Assembly: GCA_039028615.1 (NCBI GenBank)
Contig: JBCCHT010000012.1
Location: 128,001 to 192,000 of the forward strand
Reading direction: 5' to 3'
From: Myxococcota bacterium
GTDB taxonomy: Bacteria > Myxococcota_A > Polyangia > Nannocystales > Nannocystaceae
DNA: 64,000 nucleotides
Translations under genes and position numbers: made by a program
Shown here: positions 33,683 through 42,395 of the stretch, in pieces
Position numbering within the stretch: the stretch's first letter is position 1
Layout of the letters: every line of letters starts with the position of its first letter
Notes under the pieces: generated by a model
The model's input: only the letters and a program-made list of their open reading frames with translations
Told to the model about the DNA's origin: nothing
The model's database searches: none

Positions 33683-36528
33683 GGTTCGCCATGCGTCGCT
33701 TCGCCGTCATCGTACAGATCGTGCTCGCTGCAGGGCTGACGATGCTGTGGCTGCGATGGAATCCATTGTCCTCGGATTGCGTGGAGGGCAACTGCGACGA
33801 AGGCTTCGATCCCTTCGTCGACACCGTGCCGGAGGTTCTCCCGGAGCCCCCCCCGATCACCTTCGCGGTCCAGTACGGCGGCTGCGAACGAATCGAGCGC
33901 GGAACGGCCGGGCCTCGCTGCGTCTATCGCCCGGGCAGCGAGCTACGCATGTGGCTCGATCGGCCTCGTATCGACGACGTCGCGGTGTCGATCGATGGCG
34001 CCCCCGCCCCCTTGGTGCTCTACGGCACAGAGGAACGCATCGGCCAAGGGCTGCGGATCTCACTGCCCGAAGGGCTCGCCGAGCGACTCGACCTCATCGT
34101 CGCGAACTCGGAGCCGTGGACGCTCCAGCTACGTTCCTCCGCCCTCCCCGCCGAGGTCTCGGACGAACGACTCGGAGAATTCGAGAAGCGAGGGCTCGCC
34201 CTCGAAAAACGACTGACCCTGGGCAAGGTCGAGGCCCTGAACGAGACCAAAGTCCTCATCTCCGACTGGATCGACGCCGGCCGCTACAGTGAGGCCATTC
34301 GGGAGACCCTGGTCGCGTCGTATCACCTGGTCGAGAACTGCGGACGACCCGACCTCGCCCACGACCTCATCGAGACACAACGTGAGCGGCTCCCGGAGTT
34401 CCCATGGGGCACGGCGGCGACCTCCATCTACCGCGGTCACGGCCTGCGGGACGACGGGCGACTGGTCGAAGCGGCGGAAGCATACCGGTACGGCGGACGA
34501 TATGCGCTCGGCGTCGAAGACCGAGGATTGCAGATCGACGCGTTTTCCAACTACGCGCGCGTGCTCGCAGACCTGGGCTACTTCCGGGCCGCGTCCTATT
34601 GGGGCAACCACGTGCTGTCGAGCGCGGGCGAGACCGGCGTCAGACCGGCCGATTTGATCGGGGTCATGGATACCGTCGCCCACGCGAACCTCCGGTTGCG
34701 GCGAGCGGGGCGGACCTACGACGATCCGGCCCGGCTGTTCCGCCAGATCCTCGAGCTATCGGAGCGCTACGGGCCCGACGAAGACATCGGCGAGTTCGAG
34801 CCGGCGCGCCTGGGTCTCGCCGAGATCGCGCTGATGGACGGGGCTCCGGGTGAGGCCCTGCGGTGGCTCGACGAAGCCGATCCCACCCATTTCCGCCCGC
34901 TGGACATGGTGTCCATGAACGACCTCCGGGTCCGTGCCTTGCTGGCCAAGGGTGGCCAGAGCCGGGGCAAGATCCGCGCGACCTTGCGGGCCCTCGACGT
35001 CGCACGGAAGCGAACGCAGTCGCCCTGGGCCCAGTGGAGGGCCGAGCTGACGACGGGCCTGGTTCGCGAACACGAGGCAGATCGACGAGGCGCCCGCGAG
35101 GCGTATGCGCGAGCGGAGGCGATCCTCGACCGGGCGATCCCGCTGGCCTCGCTCGGGGTGGGTCGAGAGGATCACTCGGTGGCCCACGGCGAGAGCTCGC
35201 AACGGCTGATCGCGCTGCTCCTGGCCGAGGCGCGCCCCGAAGAGGCGCTGTGTGTCGCTCGACATGTTCATCGGCGCACCGCTCAGCTGACGCTACTCCA
35301 GACTCCGGCCGATCCCACCGCCCGCGCCAGGCTCGATGGGCAGATCGAGAGATTCAGAGCCCTCGAAACCGACTACGCGGCCACGCTCGGGCGCGAGGCC
35401 AAGCGGGCGGGTCCCGCGGCCGACACCGCCCCGCGCGAGTCAGCCGTCGTGCGCGGCCAGCTCGACGAGCTCGCGCTCGAGATCCTGCGGAGCCAAGGCG
35501 TCGAGCCCTCGCCATCGAGCTGCGACCACCTGGTGAAGCGTCGGCCCGGCGAGTTGCTGCTGGGCTTGTATCCTCACCTCGGCGGCTTGCTGGTCGTCGC
35601 CCAAGACGACCTCGCCACCAGCTACCGGGTGATCGCCAACTACGGCGAACTGGCGCGTTCCCGCGATTGGGCCTGGCTCGGTCGCTTGTTGCTCGGCCCG
35701 CTCGACGAAGAGCTGGCACGAGCTCAGCGAGTCCGGGTCCTCGCTCATGGAGAGCCATCGACGATCCCCGTGCACGCGCTGGCGGTCCGCGGCGAACCCC
35801 TCGGCACTCAAATCCCGGTGGTCTACGGGCTCGAGCTCCCGCCTCACGAGGCTCGCGCATCGGGTGCCGAGCACAACGCGTTGGTCCTCGAAGATCCCGG
35901 CGCGCTCGGGGCGAGCGAAGAAGCCGACGTCGTCATGGAGGTGCTCTTCGGCAGCGGTTGGTTCCCCAAGCGGGGAGGCACGGGGCCGGCTACGGCCGAA
36001 TCACTCGAAGAAGAGCTCGGCTCGGTCGACTTGTTCCACTACGCCGGCCACGTCGTCTACGACCCCGTGATGCCGGGTCGACTCGGGCAGGCTTCGAGCG
36101 CGTCGGGCCGAGGCTCGAGCGAGCTGGACTTCTGGCCGCCATACGCGGGCGGGGCCGCAGCACGACCGTCGTACATTCCGCTCGGCGAGCACGGTCGTCT
36201 CGGCGTTCAGCGAATCCTGATGCTCGAGCAGACGCCCCGCACTGCGGTCCTGATGGGGTGTGAGACGGGTGTCCAAGGCCCTGCGTCGACCCATGGCGGC
36301 GTCAGCCTGGCCGCGGCGTTCTTGGCCGCGGGCACCGAAGCGGTCGTCGCCAGTACGGCGAAGATCGACGGGAATGACGGCCTGCTGCTGGCCCGAGGGC
36401 TGTACGCGGGCTCGATGGGAGGGTCGATTCGTGATCCGGGCGCGTGGTTCATGGCCGCGCTGCGATGGGCCCGAGAGCGGGGCCTGTCCGACGAGTCGAT
36501 GGGCAACTTTCGCCTCCTGGTGCCCTAG
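33679..36528 (+). CDS. CHAT-domain (caspase-like) protease with TPR-like helices and N-terminal membrane anchor
   Basis: CHAT motifs IPVHAL, FHYAGH (His), VLMGCETG (Cys), SLAAAFLAAGTEAVVAS; N-terminal hydrophobic segment; ATGA-coupled to the previous gene. Confidence 0.88.
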   Translation: MRFAMRRFAVIVQIVLAAGLTMLWLRWNPLSSDCVEGNCDEGFDPFVDTVPEVLPEPPPITFAVQYGGCERIERGTAGPRCVYRPGSELRMWLDRPRIDDVAVSIDGAPAPLVLYGTEERIGQGLRISLPEGLAERLDLIVANSEPWTLQLRSSALPAEVSDERLGEFEKRGLALEKRLTLGKVEALNETKVLISDWIDAGRYSEAIRETLVASYHLVENCGRPDLAHDLIETQRERLPEFPWGTAATSIYRGHGLRDDGRLVEAAEAYRYGGRYALGVEDRGLQIDAFSNYARVLADLGYFRAASYWGNHVLSSAGETGVRPADLIGVMDTVAHANLRLRRAGRTYDDPARLFRQILELSERYGPDEDIGEFEPARLGLAEIALMDGAPGEALRWLDEADPTHFRPLDMVSMNDLRVRALLAKGGQSRGKIRATLRALDVARKRTQSPWAQWRAELTTGLVREHEADRRGAREAYARAEAILDRAIPLASLGVGREDHSVAHGESSQRLIALLLAEARPEEALCVARHVHRRTAQLTLLQTPADPTARARLDGQIERFRALETDYAATLGREAKRAGPAADTAPRESAVVRGQLDELALEILRSQGVEPSPSSCDHLVKRRPGELLLGLYPHLGGLLVVAQDDLATSYRVIANYGELARSRDWAWLGRLLLGPLDEELARAQRVRVLAHGEPSTIPVHALAVRGEPLGTQIPVVYGLELPPHEARASGAEHNALVLEDPGALGASEEADVVMEVLFGSGWFPKRGGTGPATAESLEEELGSVDLFHYAGHVVYDPVMPGRLGQASSASGRGSSELDFWPPYAGGAAARPSYIPLGEHGRLGVQRILMLEQTPRTAVLMGCETGVQGPASTHGGVSLAAAFLAAGTEAVVASTAKIDGNDGLLLARGLYAGSMGGSIRDPGAWFMAALRWARERGLSDESMGNFRLLVP

Positions 36529-39500
36529 GCTCGGCTGGCCAGCCATCGTCGGACCTCCCGTATCTCGTCGTGGTACCGCTCCGGCGCGCTCGAGTAGCTG
36601 GATAGGGCCGCTTCGGCCAGCCCGATCGCCTGACGTCGCTCGTCTCGACCACGAGCGGTCCTCCAGGTGGTGCGGGCCAGCAAGAACGCGGCTTCGGCCC
36701 GCGCCTCGGGTGAGCGCGTCGCGTCGCTCGCCTTCGACCAGACCTCCGTCGCAGCCGCGTGGGCTCGCCGCTCTCGCCCTCGTGAGAGCAGAGCCGACGC
36801 CAGCTCGATCCGGGCCTCCATCAGCGAATCGCCCGACCCGTCGTCGGCCGCCGCGAAGATCTCCACCGCCTTCTCCAAGAACTCGGACCCCTGCCGACCG
36901 TCTCCGGACGACACGAGGAGCCGACCCAGGTCCAGGTAGCTGCGCGCGACATCGGGATGCTCGGCACCACGGTCTTCGACGCGGATCTCCATGATGCGCT
37001 CCAGCTCCGCCCGAGCCTCCGCATGGCGCCCCTGCTCTCCGACCACACGGGCCAACCTGGCGGCATCGACGAGCGTCTGCGGGTGCCGCTCGCCATGATT
37101 CGCCTGATCGGCCTCCAAGAGCGCCCGTAGTTCGCGCTCCGCCTGCTCGAACTCCCGCTGTCGGGTCAGAACCCGGATGAAGATGCTCCGCGCGATCGAT
37201 GTCGTCGGGCTCAGGGGGCCGCTGGAGCCCTCCGTCTCGCGCAGGGCTCGCTCGGCCAGGTTCACCGCCTCTTCGAGCCTCCCGAGTGGGATCAGGACAC
37301 GCGCCAAGTTCATCTCGGCGGACGCGATCCGGGGATGACCTGCGCGTCGGTTTCGCTGCTGGATCTCGAGCGTGCGCCGCATCATCGGCTCCGCCTCCGC
37401 GTACTCACCCGAGTTCATGAGCAGGACGGCGATGTTCCCCGCGGTCTCGGCCACCATGGGATGGTGCTCTCCATAGATGGCGGTCTTGAGCTCGAGCGCT
37501 CGACGAAACTCCGCCTCGGATTCCTCATCGCGCCCCATTCGCATCAGCGTCACGCCGAGGTTGTTGTGGAGAAAGGCACTCCGCACGTCGTTGCCACCGT
37601 GGGCTCCTTCGCTCAGCTCCAGGGCCGCCCGGTACTGCCGCTCTGCGAGCGTGAACTGTCCTCGGCTTCGATGCAGGTTCGCGATCGAGTTCCGAATGGC
37701 GAGGATCTGGGGATGGTGAGGCGGCAGGGTCTTCAGCGAGATCGCGAGCGCACGCTCGTGCAGATGCTCCGCCTCGTCGGGACGGTCCATCATGCGCAAG
37801 ACCGTTCCCCGGTTGCTCATGTTCAGCGCTCGGCCCGGGTGATCCGGGCCGAGTACCTCGTCTTGAATCGCCGATAACTGCAGGCTCTCTTCCAGGGCAC
37901 CTTCGTGGTTCCCTCGCTCCAGCAGGACCCACACCAGATCGCTGCGAGACGACAGCGTGGTGTAGTGCTCGGGGCCCAGCGCTTCGGTACCGAGCCGGAT
38001 CGAGTCCCGCAGCTCTCGCTCCGCCCGCTCCCAGTCCCCCATCCTCTTCACCACCATGCCGAGGTGGTGACGTGCCCGCGCTTCCAACCCGGGGTTGTCC
38101 GCCGTCAGCTCCAGAGCGATGTCGGCGTAGCGCAGGCCGTCTTCCATCTGCAGCCGCTGGTAGCCCACGACGAACAGGAGCTGCGTAGCCGCCTCGGCCA
38201 TGAGACGCGTGTGATGCACTCGGGTCGCGACCCGGAGCGCACGCCGCAGAGAGGCTTCGGAGTCCTCGTATTCACCAAGCTCTCCAAGCAAGATGCCCTT
38301 CTCCAGCGCGGCTTCGCTCAGCAACGGCGCATAGGCATCGTCGTCCAGGCCTTCGTCGATCGACTCGAATCGGTCCCGGGCCTCCACGAAGCGCCCTGCG
38401 ACTCGGTCCAACCGGGCAAGCCCGATCTCGTCGCGAAGTGCCTGCACGTCCCCGTCTTGTTCCGGCGAGGGTGGGTCCACATCCGAGATGAGCGCGGCCG
38501 TGTCTTCGCACTCCGACAGCGGCACGAGCTCATCCACGAGTTCATGGGCCTTCACCAGCAACGAAGGGTCGGCCGACGCGACGGCATCGACGGTGCGGCC
38601 GAACTCTCGCCGCGCTCCATCGAGACAGCCCATGCGACGATCCATCACCTCGACCGACTGCTCCTGACGGATTCGCGTGGCCTCACACGCGGAGCGGCGC
38701 TGCTCGACCCACTCCCCGGCGTAGGCATCGAGCCGGGGTGAGAGCTCGCGCGTCCACATCGTCGAGGCGAACTCCATGTTCGTTTCGGCCAGCCGCCGCC
38801 CGATCTCGGCCTCATGAGCCGCCGTCCAGACCTCCGCGATCTCCGAGTCGGCGCCGTCGCACCGCGCCTCGAACTCGGCGAACCGAGCGAGCCCGAGGCT
38901 CATGGAACCAGCCCCGAGCAGGAGCCCCGTGAGCCACCACTTGGTCGAACGCCTCGCCACCAGCCGCTCCAACTCGGCCAGGAGCTCGTCCATGGAGGGC
39001 CAGCGGTGGGACGGCTCCGCCGATAGACCACGAACGAGCGCCCGATGTAGAGCGGAGGGCACGGCCTTCGATGGCGGCCGCTCTTCGAACTCCTCGAGGA
39101 ACTTCTCTTCCATGAGATCGACGAAGGTCGACCCCTGATAGGGGCGATGCCCGTAGAGCGCCTCGTACAGCGAGACACAGAAGCTGAACTGATCGCTCCG
39201 CGCATCGATCTCCCGCCCCGCCATCTGCTCGAACGGCATATAGGCCGGGGTCCCCACGACGGTGCCCGTGCTGGTCAGCGACAGCTCCACGGCCACCGAC
39301 CGCCAGCCGAGACGCTCCTCGAGCGTCTGGTCGGGGTCGGGGTCGCTCAAGTCACCCACGAGGCCAAAGTCGAGCACCCGCGGCCGCCCGGTCTCATCGA
39401 TGATGCAGTTGTCCGGCTTGAAGTCGCGGTGCACGAGGCCCGCGGCGTGAGCCGCCGCGAGGCCGCGGCCGAGCTGAAGATAGGTGTCGACACACTCGCG

Positions 39501-39917
39501 CCAGCTCCGGTGGTTTTGCTGCCACCGTCGCAGCGTGGGGCCCGCGACCAGCTCCATCACGATGAACCACCGCCCCTCGGCCTCGGTGACCTCGTAGACG
39601 TGCACGACGTTGGGGTGCGAGAGCCGAGCGAGCGCCTGGGCTTCCCGACGGAGCCGGTCGGTGTCTTCTTCCGTGGTCTGGGAGTGGAGCAGCTTGATGG
39701 CCACCACCCGGTCGAGAGACTCGTCGTACGCCTTGAACACCGCCCCCATGCCCCCGTGTCCGAGGTGGCTGACGACGACGTAGCGACCGAGGGTCTGGCC
39801 GCGAGAGAGCTCGCTGGGACCGACACCGCCCTCCGCGGGGAGCTCGTCCTGCATCTCCTGGAGCAGGCGGTCCATATGGCGAGCGACCGTATCTCGAGCG
39901 TACTCGGCCGAGTCCAT
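36525..39917 (-). CDS. Membrane Ser/Thr protein kinase with TPR repeats (STK2)
   Basis: LGHGGMG, VAIK, HRDFKPDN, DFG, GTPAYM, SDQFSFCV; TM; many GxxHP TPRs. Start uncertain (39917 or slightly upstream). Confidence 0.93.
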   Translation of the reverse strand: MDSAEYARDTVARHMDRLLQEMQDELPAEGGVGPSELSRGQTLGRYVVVSHLGHGGMGAVFKAYDESLDRVVAIKLLHSQTTEEDTDRLRREAQALARLSHPNVVHVYEVTEAEGRWFIVMELVAGPTLRRWQQNHRSWRECVDTYLQLGRGLAAAHAAGLVHRDFKPDNCIIDETGRPRVLDFGLVGDLSDPDPDQTLEERLGWRSVAVELSLTSTGTVVGTPAYMPFEQMAGREIDARSDQFSFCVSLYEALYGHRPYQGSTFVDLMEEKFLEEFEERPPSKAVPSALHRALVRGLSAEPSHRWPSMDELLAELERLVARRSTKWWLTGLLLGAGSMSLGLARFAEFEARCDGADSEIAEVWTAAHEAEIGRRLAETNMEFASTMWTRELSPRLDAYAGEWVEQRRSACEATRIRQEQSVEVMDRRMGCLDGARREFGRTVDAVASADPSLLVKAHELVDELVPLSECEDTAALISDVDPPSPEQDGDVQALRDEIGLARLDRVAGRFVEARDRFESIDEGLDDDAYAPLLSEAALEKGILLGELGEYEDSEASLRRALRVATRVHHTRLMAEAATQLLFVVGYQRLQMEDGLRYADIALELTADNPGLEARARHHLGMVVKRMGDWERAERELRDSIRLGTEALGPEHYTTLSSRSDLVWVLLERGNHEGALEESLQLSAIQDEVLGPDHPGRALNMSNRGTVLRMMDRPDEAEHLHERALAISLKTLPPHHPQILAIRNSIANLHRSRGQFTLAERQYRAALELSEGAHGGNDVRSAFLHNNLGVTLMRMGRDEESEAEFRRALELKTAIYGEHHPMVAETAGNIAVLLMNSGEYAEAEPMMRRTLEIQQRNRRAGHPRIASAEMNLARVLIPLGRLEEAVNLAERALRETEGSSGPLSPTTSIARSIFIRVLTRQREFEQAERELRALLEADQANHGERHPQTLVDAARLARVVGEQGRHAEARAELERIMEIRVEDRGAEHPDVARSYLDLGRLLVSSGDGRQGSEFLEKAVEIFAAADDGSGDSLMEARIELASALLSRGRERRAHAAATEVWSKASDATRSPEARAEAAFLLARTTWRTARGRDERRQAIGLAEAALSSYSSAPERYHDEIREVRRWLASRA

Positions 39918-40171
39918 GGCCGAAAACCCGGATGAATTGGAGTCGGTCACCCAGTTCGATATCGGACTCACCACCCCTTCGCAGCCGTCGGCCCCCGAAA
40001 AAAGTCGCAAGAACGAACATGGACGAAGACGGCCGGCCTCGCGCGATCTTTTTTCGTCAGGGTCGTGGATTGCGGCCGATATCGATCACGAACAAAGGCC
40101 CGGACCCGTACTCGATCGGCGTCCGAGCCAGACATCAGCCCGACATGATCGGGAGAACGGAGTCCTTCGAG

Positions 40172-40546
40172 ATGAAGATCGCAATGTTGTCCGTATTGAC
40201 CCTCGGGCTCGCCTTCTCACCCAGCCCCACCCCCTCCTCCTCGCAGGCCTCGGCATCGATCAACGTGAAGATCATGATGAACAGCCGCAAGCCCAACGGG
40301 AAGCCCTGGGACGGCTTTGGTGCGGGCGGGCCCGACCCCTTCGTGATCGTCGACGGACAGAGCTATCGGGGCGACCGCTGTCAGGACTCGTTCGTGTGTA
40401 ACATCCGGGTCTCCAGCTCGGACGACGCGATGCTCATAGAGGTACGAGACGCCGACATGCAGTTCGACGACCGAGCGGGCTCCACCACCTGCGCCGTCGG
40501 GTACGTGTGTGAGACGAGCGGCGCCACGATTGCGCTGTCACGATAG
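40172..40546 (+). CDS. Small secreted C2-domain-like protein
   Basis: Signal peptide; KPNGKPWD...PDPFV...IEVRDADMQFDD pattern resembles C2 Ca2+ loops. Confidence 0.6.
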   Translation: MKIAMLSVLTLGLAFSPSPTPSSSQASASINVKIMMNSRKPNGKPWDGFGAGGPDPFVIVDGQSYRGDRCQDSFVCNIRVSSSDDAMLIEVRDADMQFDDRAGSTTCAVGYVCETSGATIALSR

Positions 40547-40631
40547 GCCCTCGAGTCCAACGAGGTCCGCGGCTGCCCCCAGCACGAGCAACGGAACAGG
40601 CGGCAAGGATGCAGTGAGGGTGAAGCTGGAG

Positions 40632-42395
40632 ATGGCACAGACCGCACGACCGATTCGCAAGGAGCCTCGGGCATCTCACGACGCCCGGCAATCACCCGCC
40701 GCGGGGGCGGAGACGTGGATGCCCGACGGCGTCGGCCCCTATGAGCTCGTGTCCTTCATCGGCCGCGGAGGCATGGGCGAGGTGTGGCTCGCGGTTCGCC
40801 GCGAGCTCGGGATGGCCTGCGTCATCAAGGTCATGCGACCCGAGCTCAGCGCCAACGAGAGCTATCGGACCATGTTCCTCAACGAGGCCCGCATCGCGTC
40901 GCAGCTGCGACATAGCCGGATCGTTCGAGTTCATGACGTCGGTGAATCGCGGGGCCTCCTGTATCTGGTGATGGACCGGGTGGACGGGGTCAACCTGTCT
41001 CAGTTTCTGTCCGCCCATGCCAAGCAAAAGGCCGGCCCGCTGAGCCTGTCGCTCGTGGCCTACATCATCAACGAGCTGCTGGAGGGGCTGTCCTACGCGC
41101 ACGGGCGCCGGATCGACCGCGTCCACGATGCGGGCGTGATTCACCACGACATCACGCCGAGCAACGTCCTCATCTCATCCCAGGGTGAGGTCATGCTGAC
41201 GGACTTCGGCATCGCCCGCTTCGCCGGGGCACCGACCCTCGAGTCGCGTCCCTTCGGCACGCTCCGCTATATGGCCCCGGAGCGATTGACGGGGCGGGTG
41301 ACTCGGCAGTCGGACCTCTACTCGGTGGGCGCCGTGCTCCACGAGCTGCTCGCCCGCCGGCCCCCGCTGCCCAAGTGCTCCGACTCGGACGAGCTGCGAA
41401 GGGCCCTGCTCTTCGCCCCCACGCCTCCGACGGGGCGTCACGACGTCCCGCCCGCGCTGGAGGGGCTCCGCGTCGCGTTACTCGAGAAGAAGCCGTTTCT
41501 GCGGCTGCGCTCGGCCGACGAAGCGCTCGAGATGCTGTCGCGTGTCGACGGCAGCTGCGGGGGCGGAGCCAACCTCCGAGCCCTCTACGGTCGGGTCATC
41601 GGCCCCGCGAGCTCGGGCATGACGATGTACCTGCAGCAGCATTCGTCGTCACAGCTCCCCTCGTTCCTCGCCCCGATGCTCGAAGCTTGGCGAGGCGAGA
41701 GCCCAACGGAACAGCCCGCTGCTCCTGCCCGCGGTGCCGCGGCGCTGATGCTGCGCACGCAGGAGACGGTGGATGTGAACCCGTCGACGATCGACCCCGC
41801 CACGCGGCGCTGGGCTCCCGAGGCGTCCACGATCCAGGTCGGCCCGGTTGCCCTCGATTCCACGGGAGGCGAGCCCGAAGCGCCGACCCGCCGACATCGA
41901 CCGGTTCGCGCCGACACGCCTGGGCCGGGCACCGCCGTTCATCCCCGTATACACCGTCAGGTCCGAATCCAGCGCGCCGCGACCCGAGACCGACAGACCG
42001 CTCCCCCCAACGCGAACGCGCGTACCGTCGCTCGACCTCGACCGCGGCCAGCCCCGGTCGATCCCACACCGGCACCGTCAATGGCGATTGTTCCCGACCG
42101 AGCGCCTTCGGGCGGGGCGCCTTCCGTGCCCATGCCCGCCGCCGCGACAGTACCGACGGAGCTCGCCCGAGCTGCGGCCGACGTGGGGCGAAGTCGAGGC
42201 CACCAACGTCTGCGACAGGGCTCGTGGACGGGTGCGGCCATGGGTGCACTGGCATTCGTGGGCCTGGTGGCCGTGCTCGCCTGGCTCATCAGCACGAACC
42301 TCCGTCGCGAAGCCCATTCCGCAACGGGCGGATCGATCGTGGTCGAGAAGCACGACCCCGCAATCGGAGCCGCGGCAGGAGAAATTGCGCGGTGA
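40632..42395 (+). CDS. Ser/Thr protein kinase (STK3, non-RD, HHD) with C-terminal TM
   Basis: IGRGGMG, VIK, FLNEAR, HHDITPSN, DFG, GTLRYMAPE; Pro/Ala linker; TM near the end. Start may be 40719. Confidence 0.88.
   Translation: MAQTARPIRKEPRASHDARQSPAAGAETWMPDGVGPYELVSFIGRGGMGEVWLAVRRELGMACVIKVMRPELSANESYRTMFLNEARIASQLRHSRIVRVHDVGESRGLLYLVMDRVDGVNLSQFLSAHAKQKAGPLSLSLVAYIINELLEGLSYAHGRRIDRVHDAGVIHHDITPSNVLISSQGEVMLTDFGIARFAGAPTLESRPFGTLRYMAPERLTGRVTRQSDLYSVGAVLHELLARRPPLPKCSDSDELRRALLFAPTPPTGRHDVPPALEGLRVALLEKKPFLRLRSADEALEMLSRVDGSCGGGANLRALYGRVIGPASSGMTMYLQQHSSSQLPSFLAPMLEAWRGESPTEQPAAPARGAAALMLRTQETVDVNPSTIDPATRRWAPEASTIQVGPVALDSTGGEPEAPTRRHRPVRADTPGPGTAVHPRIHRQVRIQRAATRDRQTAPPNANARTVARPRPRPAPVDPTPAPSMAIVPDRAPSGGAPSVPMPAAATVPTELARAAADVGRSRGHQRLRQGSWTGAAMGALAFVGLVAVLAWLISTNLRREAHSATGGSIVVEKHDPAIGAAAGEIAR

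Noticed and set aside
33679..36528. CHAT gene as part of a type III-E CRISPR (Craspase) locus
   Set aside because: No cas genes or repeat-spacer array are visible in the window.
29487..39202. 28-nt direct repeat as an att site or mobile-element boundary
   Set aside because: It lies within conserved kinase subdomain IX of two paralogs, so coding homology explains it.
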